From Candidatus Oxydemutator sp. (GTDB lineage Bacteria; Pseudomonadota; Gammaproteobacteria; Poriferisulfidales; Oxydemutatoraceae), in NCBI GenBank assembly GCA_965203445.1, contig OZ241883.1, positions 800,001 to 864,000 of the forward strand: a DNA stretch of 64,000 bases, in the 5' to 3' direction. This document shows, piece by piece, positions 21,473-29,076 of the stretch; the stretch's first letter is position 1; the number at the start of each line of letters is the position of its first letter. The notes under the pieces were generated by a model, which did no database searches, had not been told where the DNA came from, and saw nothing but the letters and a program-made list of their open reading frames with translations. Both the position numbers and the translations under genes were made by a program.

Positions 21473-21772
21473 CAGAATACCCGCGCCCGCAAACTCGCGG
21501 ACGACACGTCTGATAATAGCAGACTCCGCCGTCCCCGTAAGGACGGCCCTGAACCCCTCTCTGAGGAGAAGGGTAGGAGGCAGGGTGCGGAAGTTCAATG
21601 TTTCAAAGGAGGACGTGCTCTATTTACTTTTGACGGTTAACAAGGCTATTATGCATAGGTACTTGGTGGGCGATCTGAAAAATCTTGAAGACCAACTGAA
21701 ACAAAATGAAACATGACAAGCGCATGCAGACGGACGCAGTACCCGCCACGCGTGCACTGCGCCGCTGATGCA

Positions 21773-21970
21773 ATGCCTCGGAAAATCAGAGAACTTATTG
21801 CTGAATTAGAAAGAGCCGGGTTTGCTAATCGTGGTGGTAAAGGAGGACACAAAAATTTCACACATCCAAATGTTTCTAAACCAATAACTATTTCTGGCAA
21901 TAGTGGACAAGATGCCAAACGGTATTAAGAAATAGCGGTTAACAAGGCTATTAAGGAGGCAAAAAAATGA
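21773..21970 (+). pseudogene. hicA: HicA-family toxin with an internal TAA at 21926-21928
   Basis: MPRKIRELIAELERAGF...GGKGGHKNFTHP...ITISG...DAKRY*EIAVNKAIKEAKK. The read-through frame ends in an ATGA overlap with hicB. Confidence 0.85.
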
Positions 21971-22206
21971 AAGAAAGTGCAAAATATGCAAAAATTGTAG
22001 AATGGTCGGATGAAGACCAATGCTATGTTGGCAGTTGCCCAGGATTATTCTATGGAGGCTGTCATGGCGATAACGAAGAAAGTGTATTTTCTGAACTTTG
22101 TGTTATCGTTGAAGAAAATATTTCCTTACTGAAAAAGCAGGGAAAGACTTTGCCATTATCAACTTCGGGCAAAGACTATGCAAACAAAATGCTTGATCTT
22201 GCCTGA
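21967..22206 (+). CDS. hicB: HicB-family antitoxin (short, no DNA-binding C-terminus)
   Basis: YAKIVEWSDEDQCYVGSCPGL..GGCHGD....F.EL...VEE.I......GK.LP; coupled to hicA; AT-rich. Confidence 0.85.
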   Translation: MKESAKYAKIVEWSDEDQCYVGSCPGLFYGGCHGDNEESVFSELCVIVEENISLLKKQGKTLPLSTSGKDYANKMLDLA

Positions 22207-22354
22207 CAAATCGCCCCAGCGGACGACTACGCCGCCGCCGAGTTTCATCGTTAAGCACCGGCGCTTGTGCGCCAGTTTCACTCAGGTCGCGGATTGCCAT
22301 GCGCTTGTTACCGCGCAAGCGTGGATGGGCAAAGATGGCAGCGGCGTCATCAGG

Positions 22355-22386
22355 CCCCCACCCCAGCCCTCTCCCAGAGGGAGAGG
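22355..22386. repeat. REP-like hairpin element; degenerate inverted copy near 21554-21587
   Basis: ccccagcc-cctctccc-aga-gggagagg stem-loop. The related cccctctctgaggagaagggtaggaggcagggtg lies on the other side of the hicAB insert. Confidence 0.45.
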
Positions 22387-22436
22387 TGAACTGGCGCGCC
22401 AGTGTATATAGTCCTCTTAGTTCCCGATACCAAACG

Positions 22437-22676
22437 ATGATAACCGTCAAATATTTTGCGTATCTGCGCGAGCGCGTCGGGCGCGGCGAGGACGCGGTCG
22501 CAGCCGAAGGCATCGCCACCGTCGGCGAGTTGCGGCGTCTTCTCGCGGGCGGTGGCGGCGCGGCGGAGGAAATCGGCGGCGCGCTGTGCGCGGTCAACTA
22601 CGAATACGCCGACGACGACGCGCCGGTCGCGGACGGCGACGAGGTCGCGTTCTTCCCGCCGGTCACCGGCGGCTGA
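22437..22676 (+). CDS. moaD: Molybdopterin synthase sulfur carrier subunit
   Basis: MITVKYFAYLRE...AVN.EY......V.DGDEVAFFPPVTGG with the C-terminal GG. Confidence 0.95.
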   Translation: MITVKYFAYLRERVGRGEDAVAAEGIATVGELRRLLAGGGGAAEEIGGALCAVNYEYADDDAPVADGDEVAFFPPVTGG

Positions 22677-22704
22677 GCACGGGCGCCGTCGGCGCGACGC
22701 GGCG

Positions 22705-24090
22705 TTACTGCGGGCGCAACGCGAGAAACATCGCGCGCTTGCCGCGCAGCAGATTCAACAGGATCGGCTGGCTTTTTTTGACGAGACGGCGAAAACTCTC
22801 TAGGTCGGACACCGGGCGGCGACTGACCGACAGGATCAGGTCGCCGCTGCGCAGGCCGTTGCGGCGCGCCGGGCTGCCGGGCGCGACTTCCTTGATCAGG
22901 ATGCCGGCGCGCTTCGGCCCTTCTTGCTCCTGCACGACCAGCTGGGCGCCGGCCAGCCTGCGGTCTATGCGCCCGCCTTCGGTCGCCTCGACCTTGCGCG
23001 CGACGATGACCGCGCTGATGTCCAACCTTTCGCCGTCGCGCAGCACCCCAAGCTCGACCTCGGAACCGACGCGCAACAGACCGATGTAGTTGCGCATGTC
23101 GGCGCTGTTCTCAATCGGATCGCCGTCCACCGAGAGCACGACGTCGCCCGATTTCAAGCCGGCTTTGTCGGCCGCGGAGTCCGGTTCCACCTCGACGATG
23201 ACCGCGCCTTTCTGGCGCTCAAGACCGAAGGCCTCGGCCAGATCCGGCGTCAGCGGCTGGACGACCACGCCCAGGCGCCCGCGCCGGACTTCGCCGTGAT
23301 CGATCAGCTGCCTCGTGATGTTCATCGCCATGTTGACTGGAATCGCAAAACCGATGCCGATGTTGGCGTTGGGTCCCAGGATCGCGGTGTTGACGCCGAT
23401 CAACTCGCCCTTCAGGTTGATCAGCGCGCCGCCCGAATTGCCCGGGTTGATCGAGGCGTCGGTCTGGATGAAATCCTCGTAGGATTCGATGCCCAGCCCG
23501 CTGCGACCGAGCGCGCTGATGATGCCGAGGGTCACCGTCTGCCCAAGACGAAACGGGTTGCCGATCGCGACCGCGAAATCGCCGACTTGCAGTTGTTCCG
23601 AATCGCCGACCGGGATCTCGACGAGATCGTCGGCTTCGATCCGGATGACCGCGACGTCGGCCTCGGGGTCGGCGCCGACTACCTCGGCGCTGAAACGCCT
23701 GCCGTCGCCCAGCGTGACGTAGACGTCGTCGGCACCGTCTATCACGTGGTGGTTGGTGATCACGTAGCCTTCGTCGGCGTCTATGATGACGCCCGAACCG
23801 ATGCCGCTGCGGCGGCGCTCGCGCGTATCGTCGCGCGAGCGCGGCGGCTGCTCGAAGAAGCGCCGGAAAAACGGATCGTTGGAAAAGGGAAAGTTGCGCG
23901 AACGCCTGACCATCACGGTCTTCTCGGTCGAGATGTTGACGACCGCCGGCAGCGCCTTTTCCAGGATCGGCGCGAGCGTCGGGACGCCGCCGACTTCCGG
24001 CAACGCCGCGCGCCCGGGCGGCGCGCTCAGCGACAACGCAAAAACCACAGCCGGCAGCCAGCCGGCGACAACGGATTGCAGTCTGTTCAT
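22705..24090 (-). CDS. degQ: HtrA/DegQ-family periplasmic serine protease with 2 PDZ domains
   Basis: Signal peptide; GSGVII, TNHHVI, FIQTDASINPGNSGGAL; two PDZ-like segments. DegQ and DegP cannot be fully resolved. Confidence 0.9.
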   Translation of the reverse strand: MNRLQSVVAGWLPAVVFALSLSAPPGRAALPEVGGVPTLAPILEKALPAVVNISTEKTVMVRRSRNFPFSNDPFFRRFFEQPPRSRDDTRERRRSGIGSGVIIDADEGYVITNHHVIDGADDVYVTLGDGRRFSAEVVGADPEADVAVIRIEADDLVEIPVGDSEQLQVGDFAVAIGNPFRLGQTVTLGIISALGRSGLGIESYEDFIQTDASINPGNSGGALINLKGELIGVNTAILGPNANIGIGFAIPVNMAMNITRQLIDHGEVRRGRLGVVVQPLTPDLAEAFGLERQKGAVIVEVEPDSAADKAGLKSGDVVLSVDGDPIENSADMRNYIGLLRVGSEVELGVLRDGERLDISAVIVARKVEATEGGRIDRRLAGAQLVVQEQEGPKRAGILIKEVAPGSPARRNGLRSGDLILSVSRRPVSDLESFRRLVKKSQPILLNLLRGKRAMFLALRPQ

Positions 24091-24196
24091 CAGTGCATTT
24101 TACTATGAACGTCGCGCGGTGCTTGTGGCTTAGCCGCTCGGGCGCGGCGCCGAGGACGGCCGGCGCGCGCGATTCACCGCGTCGCCGGTTGCCGAC

Positions 24197-24239
24197 AAAA
24201 ACGGGCGCCGCGCCCGCCGCGTGAGGCGGGCGCGGCGCC
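24197..24239 (-). terminator. Rho-independent terminator after the Hsp20 gene
   Basis: Perfect 15-bp stem ggcgccgcgcccgcc (24204-24218 / 24225-24239), 6-nt loop, then a TTTTT tract on the minus strand. Confidence 0.85.
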
Positions 24240-24266
24240 GCAACACGTCACCGCTACGGCGAAGAC

Positions 24267-24695
24267 TCAGGACACTTCGACCGTGATTTTTTTCGGCAAC
24301 ACTTCCTCTTTCTTGCCGATGGTGATGGTCAACACGCCGTCTTTGCTGTTGGCGGAGATGCTCTCGGTGTCGGCCACCGCGGGCAGCGTGAAACGCCGCT
24401 GGTAGCTGCCGCTTATGCGCTCGACGTGGATGTACTCGCCGTCTTCTCCGCCGTTGTCACGACGGCGTTCCTCGGCGTGCTTCGCGTTGACGACGAGTTC
24501 GTCGTCTTCTACGTGCACGTCTATGCCGTCAGGCGTAACCCCCGGCAGGTCGAGCAGGAAAGTCCAGCCCTTGTCGTTTTCCCTGACGTCTACCGCCGGC
24601 GTCGCCGGACGGGACACGTCGGCGGCGGCGTGCGAAGTCGCGCCCAGCCACCTTCTCATGCCGTCAAAAAACGGATCGTAGTTTGTCAGATACAT
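24267..24695 (-). CDS. Hsp20/alpha-crystallin small heat-shock protein
   Basis: PAVDVRE...DLPGV...IDV...L.V...ERISGSYQRRFTLP...I.A.SKDGVLTITI.K; SD GAGGAGG upstream. Confidence 0.93.
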   Translation of the reverse strand: MYLTNYDPFFDGMRRWLGATSHAAADVSRPATPAVDVRENDKGWTFLLDLPGVTPDGIDVHVEDDELVVNAKHAEERRRDNGGEDGEYIHVERISGSYQRRFTLPAVADTESISANSKDGVLTITIGKKEEVLPKKITVEVS

Positions 24696-24734
24696 GTTTC
24701 ACCTCCTCGCGTTTCGGTTCGCGGTTACTCCCAA

Positions 24735-24762
24735 ATCTGGGGGCGGAGAAAAAAAATTCAAG
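24735..24762 (-). promoter_or_regulatory. Sigma-32 heat-shock promoter of Hsp20
   Basis: CTTGAA-N14-CCCCAGAT compared with the consensus CTTGAA-N13/14-CCCCATNT. Confidence 0.75.
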
Positions 24763-24796
24763 GGCGCATCCGTGCCGCCGCGGTTATTTGCGCGGG

Positions 24797-25300
24797 TTAC
24801 TTGCGCGCGCCGCGACGCTCCTCGAAACGCCCGGCGTCGCGGTTCTTGACGACGCGGTCGCCGTCGAACACGGTGCCGTTCATTGCGACGTATACGCCCG
24901 GCGCCAGCAGTTGCACCGCGGCCAGCGCAAAACCGGCGTTGAACGCGGCGTCACTGTCTCGAAAGCGCGCCGGGGTCGCGGCCCCGGTCAGCACCACGGT
25001 CTTGCCGGCGACGGCGTCGCCGGCGAGCAGCGCGCGCGCGGTGTCGGCCATCGTGTCGGTGCCGTGGGTTACGACGAAGCGCCGGTTCGGGTCGCCGGCT
25101 ATGCGCTCGCGCAACAGGCGGCGGTCGTCGTCGGTCACGTCGAGACTGTCCTTGCCGATGAGCGCCTCGACGCGGTAATCGAAGACGACGTGCGCACCCT
25201 CTAGCAGCGCGCCGATCTGCGGCTCGCCGATACGGTAATCGCTGAGCGCGTCGTAGTAATTTTTGTCGAAAGTGCCGCCGGTGGCGAGTATGATGATCAT
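24797..25300 (-). CDS. Short asparaginase-domain protein
   Basis: ATGGTFDK.Y, KDSLD, VTHGTDTM, VVLTGA, DAAFN.G, VYVAMNG. ATG at 25300. Confidence 0.9.
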   Translation of the reverse strand: MIIILATGGTFDKNYYDALSDYRIGEPQIGALLEGAHVVFDYRVEALIGKDSLDVTDDDRRLLRERIAGDPNRRFVVTHGTDTMADTARALLAGDAVAGKTVVLTGAATPARFRDSDAAFNAGFALAAVQLLAPGVYVAMNGTVFDGDRVVKNRDAGRFEERRGARK

Positions 25301-25302
25301 AT

Positions 25303-26554
25303 GGGAATTATATGCAACGTTTGACAAAGCCAAACCTTGTATCCATTTGACGCTTCACGGGCCGAGTAACCTCGCCGCCTCCACGTCCAGCAGCCCTATT
25401 CCCGAGGGCCAGTACGTTCAACGCGGCATTCACATCCGCATTATCCCTATGCCCACAAACAGTACAGATAAATACTGCCTGGGTCTTTCTGTTTTCTTTA
25501 TCAACGCTCCCGCACTTGTTGCACGTCTGGCTTGTATATGCGGGATTGATGTAATTCGTATTCGTCTTGTAGTCCAGACACTGGTGGAACTTGCCCCAAC
25601 AAGACGCCAGGATTGCGCGGTTCAATCCGGCCTTTGCGCGGACATTCGTTGCGGGGTTATCCTTCGTTCCCTTGGCCCTTCTTGTCATCCCCCGATTGTT
25701 CAACTTCTCCAGATGGACAAGAGTGTATCCGTCGGCCACCCGCCTGGATACATCGTGGCACCAGTTTTGTCTGACGTGTCGCAACGTGGCTTGTGCTCTT
25801 CGGTGCAGCAACTGTGCGCGCATCCATCTGTTCGACGCCTTGATCCCCTTCTTGTGGTTCGGCCCCTGGCGCCTGGCCATCATTCTCTGATAATGCCTGA
25901 CGCGCCGCTCATGCCTTGTCGTATCCGGCATACAATACATCGTCCCGTCGGACAATGTTACTTGGCCGACGTTGCGGTCTATGCCGACTTCCCATACAGG
26001 CTTCCATGCTTCGACCTGCTCGACCTCGTATGTGATATACGCATACCACTTGCCGTATTCCCTCTTGACCGTACCGGACTTGGGCACACCGCCCGGGTAT
26101 GGGTTATGGCCAAGCAACAACACCTCGCCTATCCTCTGGATGTGCAAATAACAACCCGTCAGACGGAACGTTCCCGCCACCAACGGGAAACTATCGGGAC
26201 GGATATGCTTGGCATGGAAACGCGGCAGGCCGCCTTCCTCTTTGCAGAATTGTTTGTATGCGATTTCTATCGGTCTCAAAGAGTTCTTTACTATGTTCGC
26301 CGAATATTCCCGTAGCCATGTATCGTCATCCCTGCGCAACTCCGTGAAACGTTTACCAAGCGAATAAAATCGGTAATCGCACTCGCCATCTGTGGCATAC
26401 TCGTTACGCAACTTGCCCACAAAGTGATTCCACACGTACCGGCACGCGCCGGCCGTACCCGACAACTTGCGGGCCTTGGCTTGCGTCTGCGGATGCAAAC
26501 GGTATCTGATTGTCCGGTGTGCTTTCATCTTGTCAAACAAAGTATATAGTTCCC
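25303..26554 (-). mobile_element. Non-autonomous tnpB-only element with 25-bp terminal inverted repeats and a target-site duplication
   Basis: IRs GGGAATTATATGCAACGTTTGACAA (25303-25327) and GGGAACTATATACTTTGTTTGACAA (reverse complement of 26530-26554) are 20/25 identical. Flanking direct repeat: gatcatat / aatcatat (7/8), or a perfect 6-bp atcata if the ends are TG...CA. GC is lower than in the flanks. Confidence 0.85.
25308..26528 (-). CDS. tnpB: RNA-guided endonuclease TnpB (~406 aa), catalytic residues intact
   Basis: N-terminal YRLHP...G.CRYVWN; RuvC-I VGIDRN; RuvC-II HLEKLN; AKAGLNRAIL..CWG; Zn ribbon YTSQTCNKCG...FICTVCG; RuvC-III NADVNAALN. Confidence 0.95.
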   Translation of the reverse strand: MKAHRTIRYRLHPQTQAKARKLSGTAGACRYVWNHFVGKLRNEYATDGECDYRFYSLGKRFTELRRDDDTWLREYSANIVKNSLRPIEIAYKQFCKEEGGLPRFHAKHIRPDSFPLVAGTFRLTGCYLHIQRIGEVLLLGHNPYPGGVPKSGTVKREYGKWYAYITYEVEQVEAWKPVWEVGIDRNVGQVTLSDGTMYCMPDTTRHERRVRHYQRMMARRQGPNHKKGIKASNRWMRAQLLHRRAQATLRHVRQNWCHDVSRRVADGYTLVHLEKLNNRGMTRRAKGTKDNPATNVRAKAGLNRAILASCWGKFHQCLDYKTNTNYINPAYTSQTCNKCGSVDKENRKTQAVFICTVCGHRDNADVNAALNVLALGNRAAGRGGGEVTRPVKRQMDTRFGFVKRCI

Positions 26555-26556
26555 AA

Positions 26557-26862
26557 TCATATTTTCAGGCGCTCGACGATGTGGCCGCCGACGAGATGCC
26601 GCTCGACGATCTCGTCCACGTCTTCCTTCGATTCGTAGCGGTACCAGGTGGCGTCGGGGTAGAGTACCGCGACCGGCCCCTCGGCACAACGGTCGAGGCA
26701 GCCGGCGCGGTTGACGCGGAAAGCGCCCTGCCCCGAAAGGCCGAGCGCCTTGAGCTTGCGCTTGGCGTGGTCGCGCATCGCCTCGGCGTCGTGGTCGGCG
26801 CAACAGGCGCCGTCGTCGCGCTGATTCACGCAAAAGAACAAATGACGTTGGTAGAAAGACAT
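26557..26862 (-). CDS. Thioredoxin-like [2Fe-2S] ferredoxin
   Basis: HLFFCVNQR...CC...RVNRAGCLDRCAEGPVAVLYPDATWY...DVDEIV..HL..G..VERL. Confidence 0.93.
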   Translation of the reverse strand: MSFYQRHLFFCVNQRDDGACCADHDAEAMRDHAKRKLKALGLSGQGAFRVNRAGCLDRCAEGPVAVLYPDATWYRYESKEDVDEIVERHLVGGHIVERLKI

Positions 26863-28141
26863 GTGGAAAAGCCGTAGCCGGACGGACAATGATACAACAC
26901 GTCCGTATGGGAGGGCGCAGCAGGAGCTGCGCGAACGGCTGCGCGCGGGCGCCGACCGCTGCGTGATGTGCGGCCTGTGCCTGCCGCATTGTCCGACCTA
27001 CGGCGCGACGCGCAACGAGGCCGATTCGCCGCGCGGGCGGGTCGCGCTGATCGCGGCCCTCGCACGCGACCAACTGCGCACCGACGCGGCGCTTGCGACG
27101 CACCTCGACCAGTGCCTGCATTGCCTGCGCTGCCAGCGGGCGTGCCCGGCGAACGTCGCCTACGCCGGGCTGATAGACGGCGCCAAGGAACTGCTGCACG
27201 GCAAGGAAGCGCTGGCGGGGCCGCCGTTGTGGTTGCGTTGGGTGGTGGATTACGCGGCGGTGCGGCGGACGTTGGCCTTGGCGACAAGGGTCTGGCAGCG
27301 AAGCGGATTACAGGCGATGACGCGGCGGAGCAAATGGTGGCGGAAGACGAAAATCGGGCGGCTGGAGGCGATGCTGCCGCGCGCGCCCGCGCGAACACGC
27401 ACACCGTGGTCAACGCAAGAGCAAGCGCCTCGCGACCGCGAGGCGCGAAGTGCCGATGCCGACCTGTTCACCGGGTGCGTCGCCGAGATCGGCGATCAGG
27501 AAACGTTGAAAGCGGCGCGGCTGCTGCTGCACGCGGCCGGGTTCACGGTGCGGGTGCCGAAGGGGCAGGGGTGTTGCGGCGCGCTCGATCAGCATTCGGG
27601 AAATCCGCATAACGCGCGGCGCTGCATCGAGCGCAACCGCGCGGCGTTCGCCGGAACGGCGCCGATTATTTCGTGCGCGACCGGCTGCGGCGCACAATGG
27701 CGGCAACACGGCGGCGAGACGGCGGCGCGGCATTGCGACGTTCTCGACTTTCTGGCGGAGCACGGGTCGGCGCTCGCGTTCAGGCCACTGCCGGGAAAAG
27801 CGGCGTTACACGTCCCGTGTACGCAGCGCGATGCCGGCGGGTCGGCGGCGGCGCAACGCTTGCTGGCGCGTGTTCCGGCCCTGGCGCTGACCGATCTTCC
27901 CGACCGCAGCGGCTGTTGCGGCGCGGCCGGCCTGCACCTGTTGCGCCAGCCTGAGATGGGCGCGCGCCTGATTGCGGATAAAATAGACGCACTCGAGGCG
28001 ATGAACGTGAAGACACTGCTTACCACCAACGTCGGGTGCGCGATGCACTTTCGGCGCGCGCTGTCCGAGCGCGGGCTCGACGTCGCCGTGCTGCATCCGG
28101 TTTCGCTGCTGTGCCGGCAGCTTGCGGGAAGGACGCCGTGA
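26861..28141 (+). CDS. GlcF-like Fe-S oxidoreductase (two 4Fe-4S motifs + two CCG domains); start uncertain
   Basis: CVMCGLCLPHCPTY, SPRGR, CLHCLRCQRACP, CCGAL, CCGAAG, NVGC. Confidence 0.85.
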   Translation: MWKSRSRTDNDTTRPYGRAQQELRERLRAGADRCVMCGLCLPHCPTYGATRNEADSPRGRVALIAALARDQLRTDAALATHLDQCLHCLRCQRACPANVAYAGLIDGAKELLHGKEALAGPPLWLRWVVDYAAVRRTLALATRVWQRSGLQAMTRRSKWWRKTKIGRLEAMLPRAPARTRTPWSTQEQAPRDREARSADADLFTGCVAEIGDQETLKAARLLLHAAGFTVRVPKGQGCCGALDQHSGNPHNARRCIERNRAAFAGTAPIISCATGCGAQWRQHGGETAARHCDVLDFLAEHGSALAFRPLPGKAALHVPCTQRDAGGSAAAQRLLARVPALALTDLPDRSGCCGAAGLHLLRQPEMGARLIADKIDALEAMNVKTLLTTNVGCAMHFRRALSERGLDVAVLHPVSLLCRQLAGRTP

Positions 28142-28812
28142 GCGGCGACGGGAAGGGCGGCGTGAACAACGATGCCGACGGGCGCGGGCTGCTCGACCGC
28201 CTGATAGAGCGCGCGGACGACGCGCTGCGCACGTTGTGCGCGCCGACGGCGCGGGGCGCGCGTCCGCACCCGGCGGAAGGAATCGGCGAGGCCGACCTGA
28301 GCGACGAGGAAAGAGCGTTGTCGGCGCGCCTGATGCGCGTCAACCACGCCGGCGAAATCGCAGCCCAAGGGCTGTACCACGGCCAGGCCCTGGTCGCGCG
28401 CGGTGCGCACACGCGCGCGCGCATGTTGCAGAACGCGCACGAGGAGGCCGACCATCTCCACTGGTGCAAAAAGCGCATCGAGGAGTTGGGCGGGCGCACC
28501 AGTTTTCTCGCGCCAATGTGGTACGCCGGCTCGTTCGCAATCGGCGCCGCCGCCGGCCTGTTCGGCGACCGCTGGAACCTCGGCTTCGTCAAGGAGACCG
28601 AGGAGCAGGTCGTTGCGCACTTGCAGTCGCACCTTGCGCGCGCGCCGAGCCGCGACCGGGCGACGCTTGCGATTATCGAGCAGATCAAACGCGACGAGGC
28701 CGAACACGCGCGCGCCGCCGAACGCGAGGGCGCGGGCGAACTGCCGAAGTGCGCAAAGCAGGGTATGCGCATAGGCGCCAAGGTGATGACGACCGGCGCC
28801 TGGTGGGTGTAG
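28138..28812 (+). CDS. coq7: Demethoxyubiquinone hydroxylase (di-iron, Coq7)
   Basis: LMRVNHAGEIAAQGLY.GQ, EEADHL.WC..RI.ELG, LGFV.ETE.QV..HL, DE.EH. GTGA overlap with the upstream gene. Confidence 0.93.
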   Translation: MSGDGKGGVNNDADGRGLLDRLIERADDALRTLCAPTARGARPHPAEGIGEADLSDEERALSARLMRVNHAGEIAAQGLYHGQALVARGAHTRARMLQNAHEEADHLHWCKKRIEELGGRTSFLAPMWYAGSFAIGAAAGLFGDRWNLGFVKETEEQVVAHLQSHLARAPSRDRATLAIIEQIKRDEAEHARAAEREGAGELPKCAKQGMRIGAKVMTTGAWWV

Positions 28813-28876
28813 GAGCTGCAAAGGTTCCCTATTCGCGCGCGCTCTTTTGCTTTATCGCGTTTATAATGGGCAAACG

Positions 28877-28952
28877 GCCGGTGTAGCTCAGCTGGTAGAG
28901 CAGCTGTTTCGTAAACAGCAGGTCGGAGGTTCGAGTCCTCTCGCCGGCACCA
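28877..28952 (+). tRNA. tRNA-Thr(CGT)
   Basis: Cloverleaf: GCCGGTG/CGCCGGC acceptor, anticodon arm gctgt-ttCGTaa-acagc, GGTTCGAGT T-loop, encoded CCA. TATAAT at 28862. Confidence 0.96.
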
Positions 28953-28983
28953 CGGCGCGCGCCGCACCCGACGCGCCCCCGAT

Positions 28984-29056
28984 GCGCCCGTAGCTCAGTG
29001 GATAGAGCGCTGCCCTCCGGAGGCAGAAGTCGCAGGTTCGAATCCTGCCGGGCGCG
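28984..29056 (+). tRNA. tRNA-Arg(CCG), CCA not encoded
   Basis: GCGCCCG/CGGGCGC acceptor, ctgcc-ctCCGga-ggcag anticodon arm, GGTTCGAATCC. Confidence 0.95.
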
Positions 29057-29076
29057 CTTCCCGCGCTTCCCTTGCG

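Noticed and set aside
22280-22345. HPRLRGNKR (minus strand) as a Fic/Doc remnant
   Set aside because: The motif is degenerate relative to HPFxDGNKR and the surrounding sequence gives no support.
22401-22425. agtgtatatagtcc (and ggggcttatataca at ~37367) as extra copies of the tnpB element IR
   Set aside because: Only ~10-12 bp of similarity, no GTTTGACAA half and no partner end.
25263-26315. 350-aa plus-strand ORF inside the tnpB element as a transposase
   Set aside because: Antisense to tnpB, with no DDE, HUH or serine-recombinase motifs.
26860-26863. Divergent ferredoxin and GlcF-like genes sharing a CATG start palindrome
   Set aside because: Probably an ORF-caller artefact; the real start is likely downstream (e.g. 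ATG 26907 with a one-base homopolymer discrepancy).
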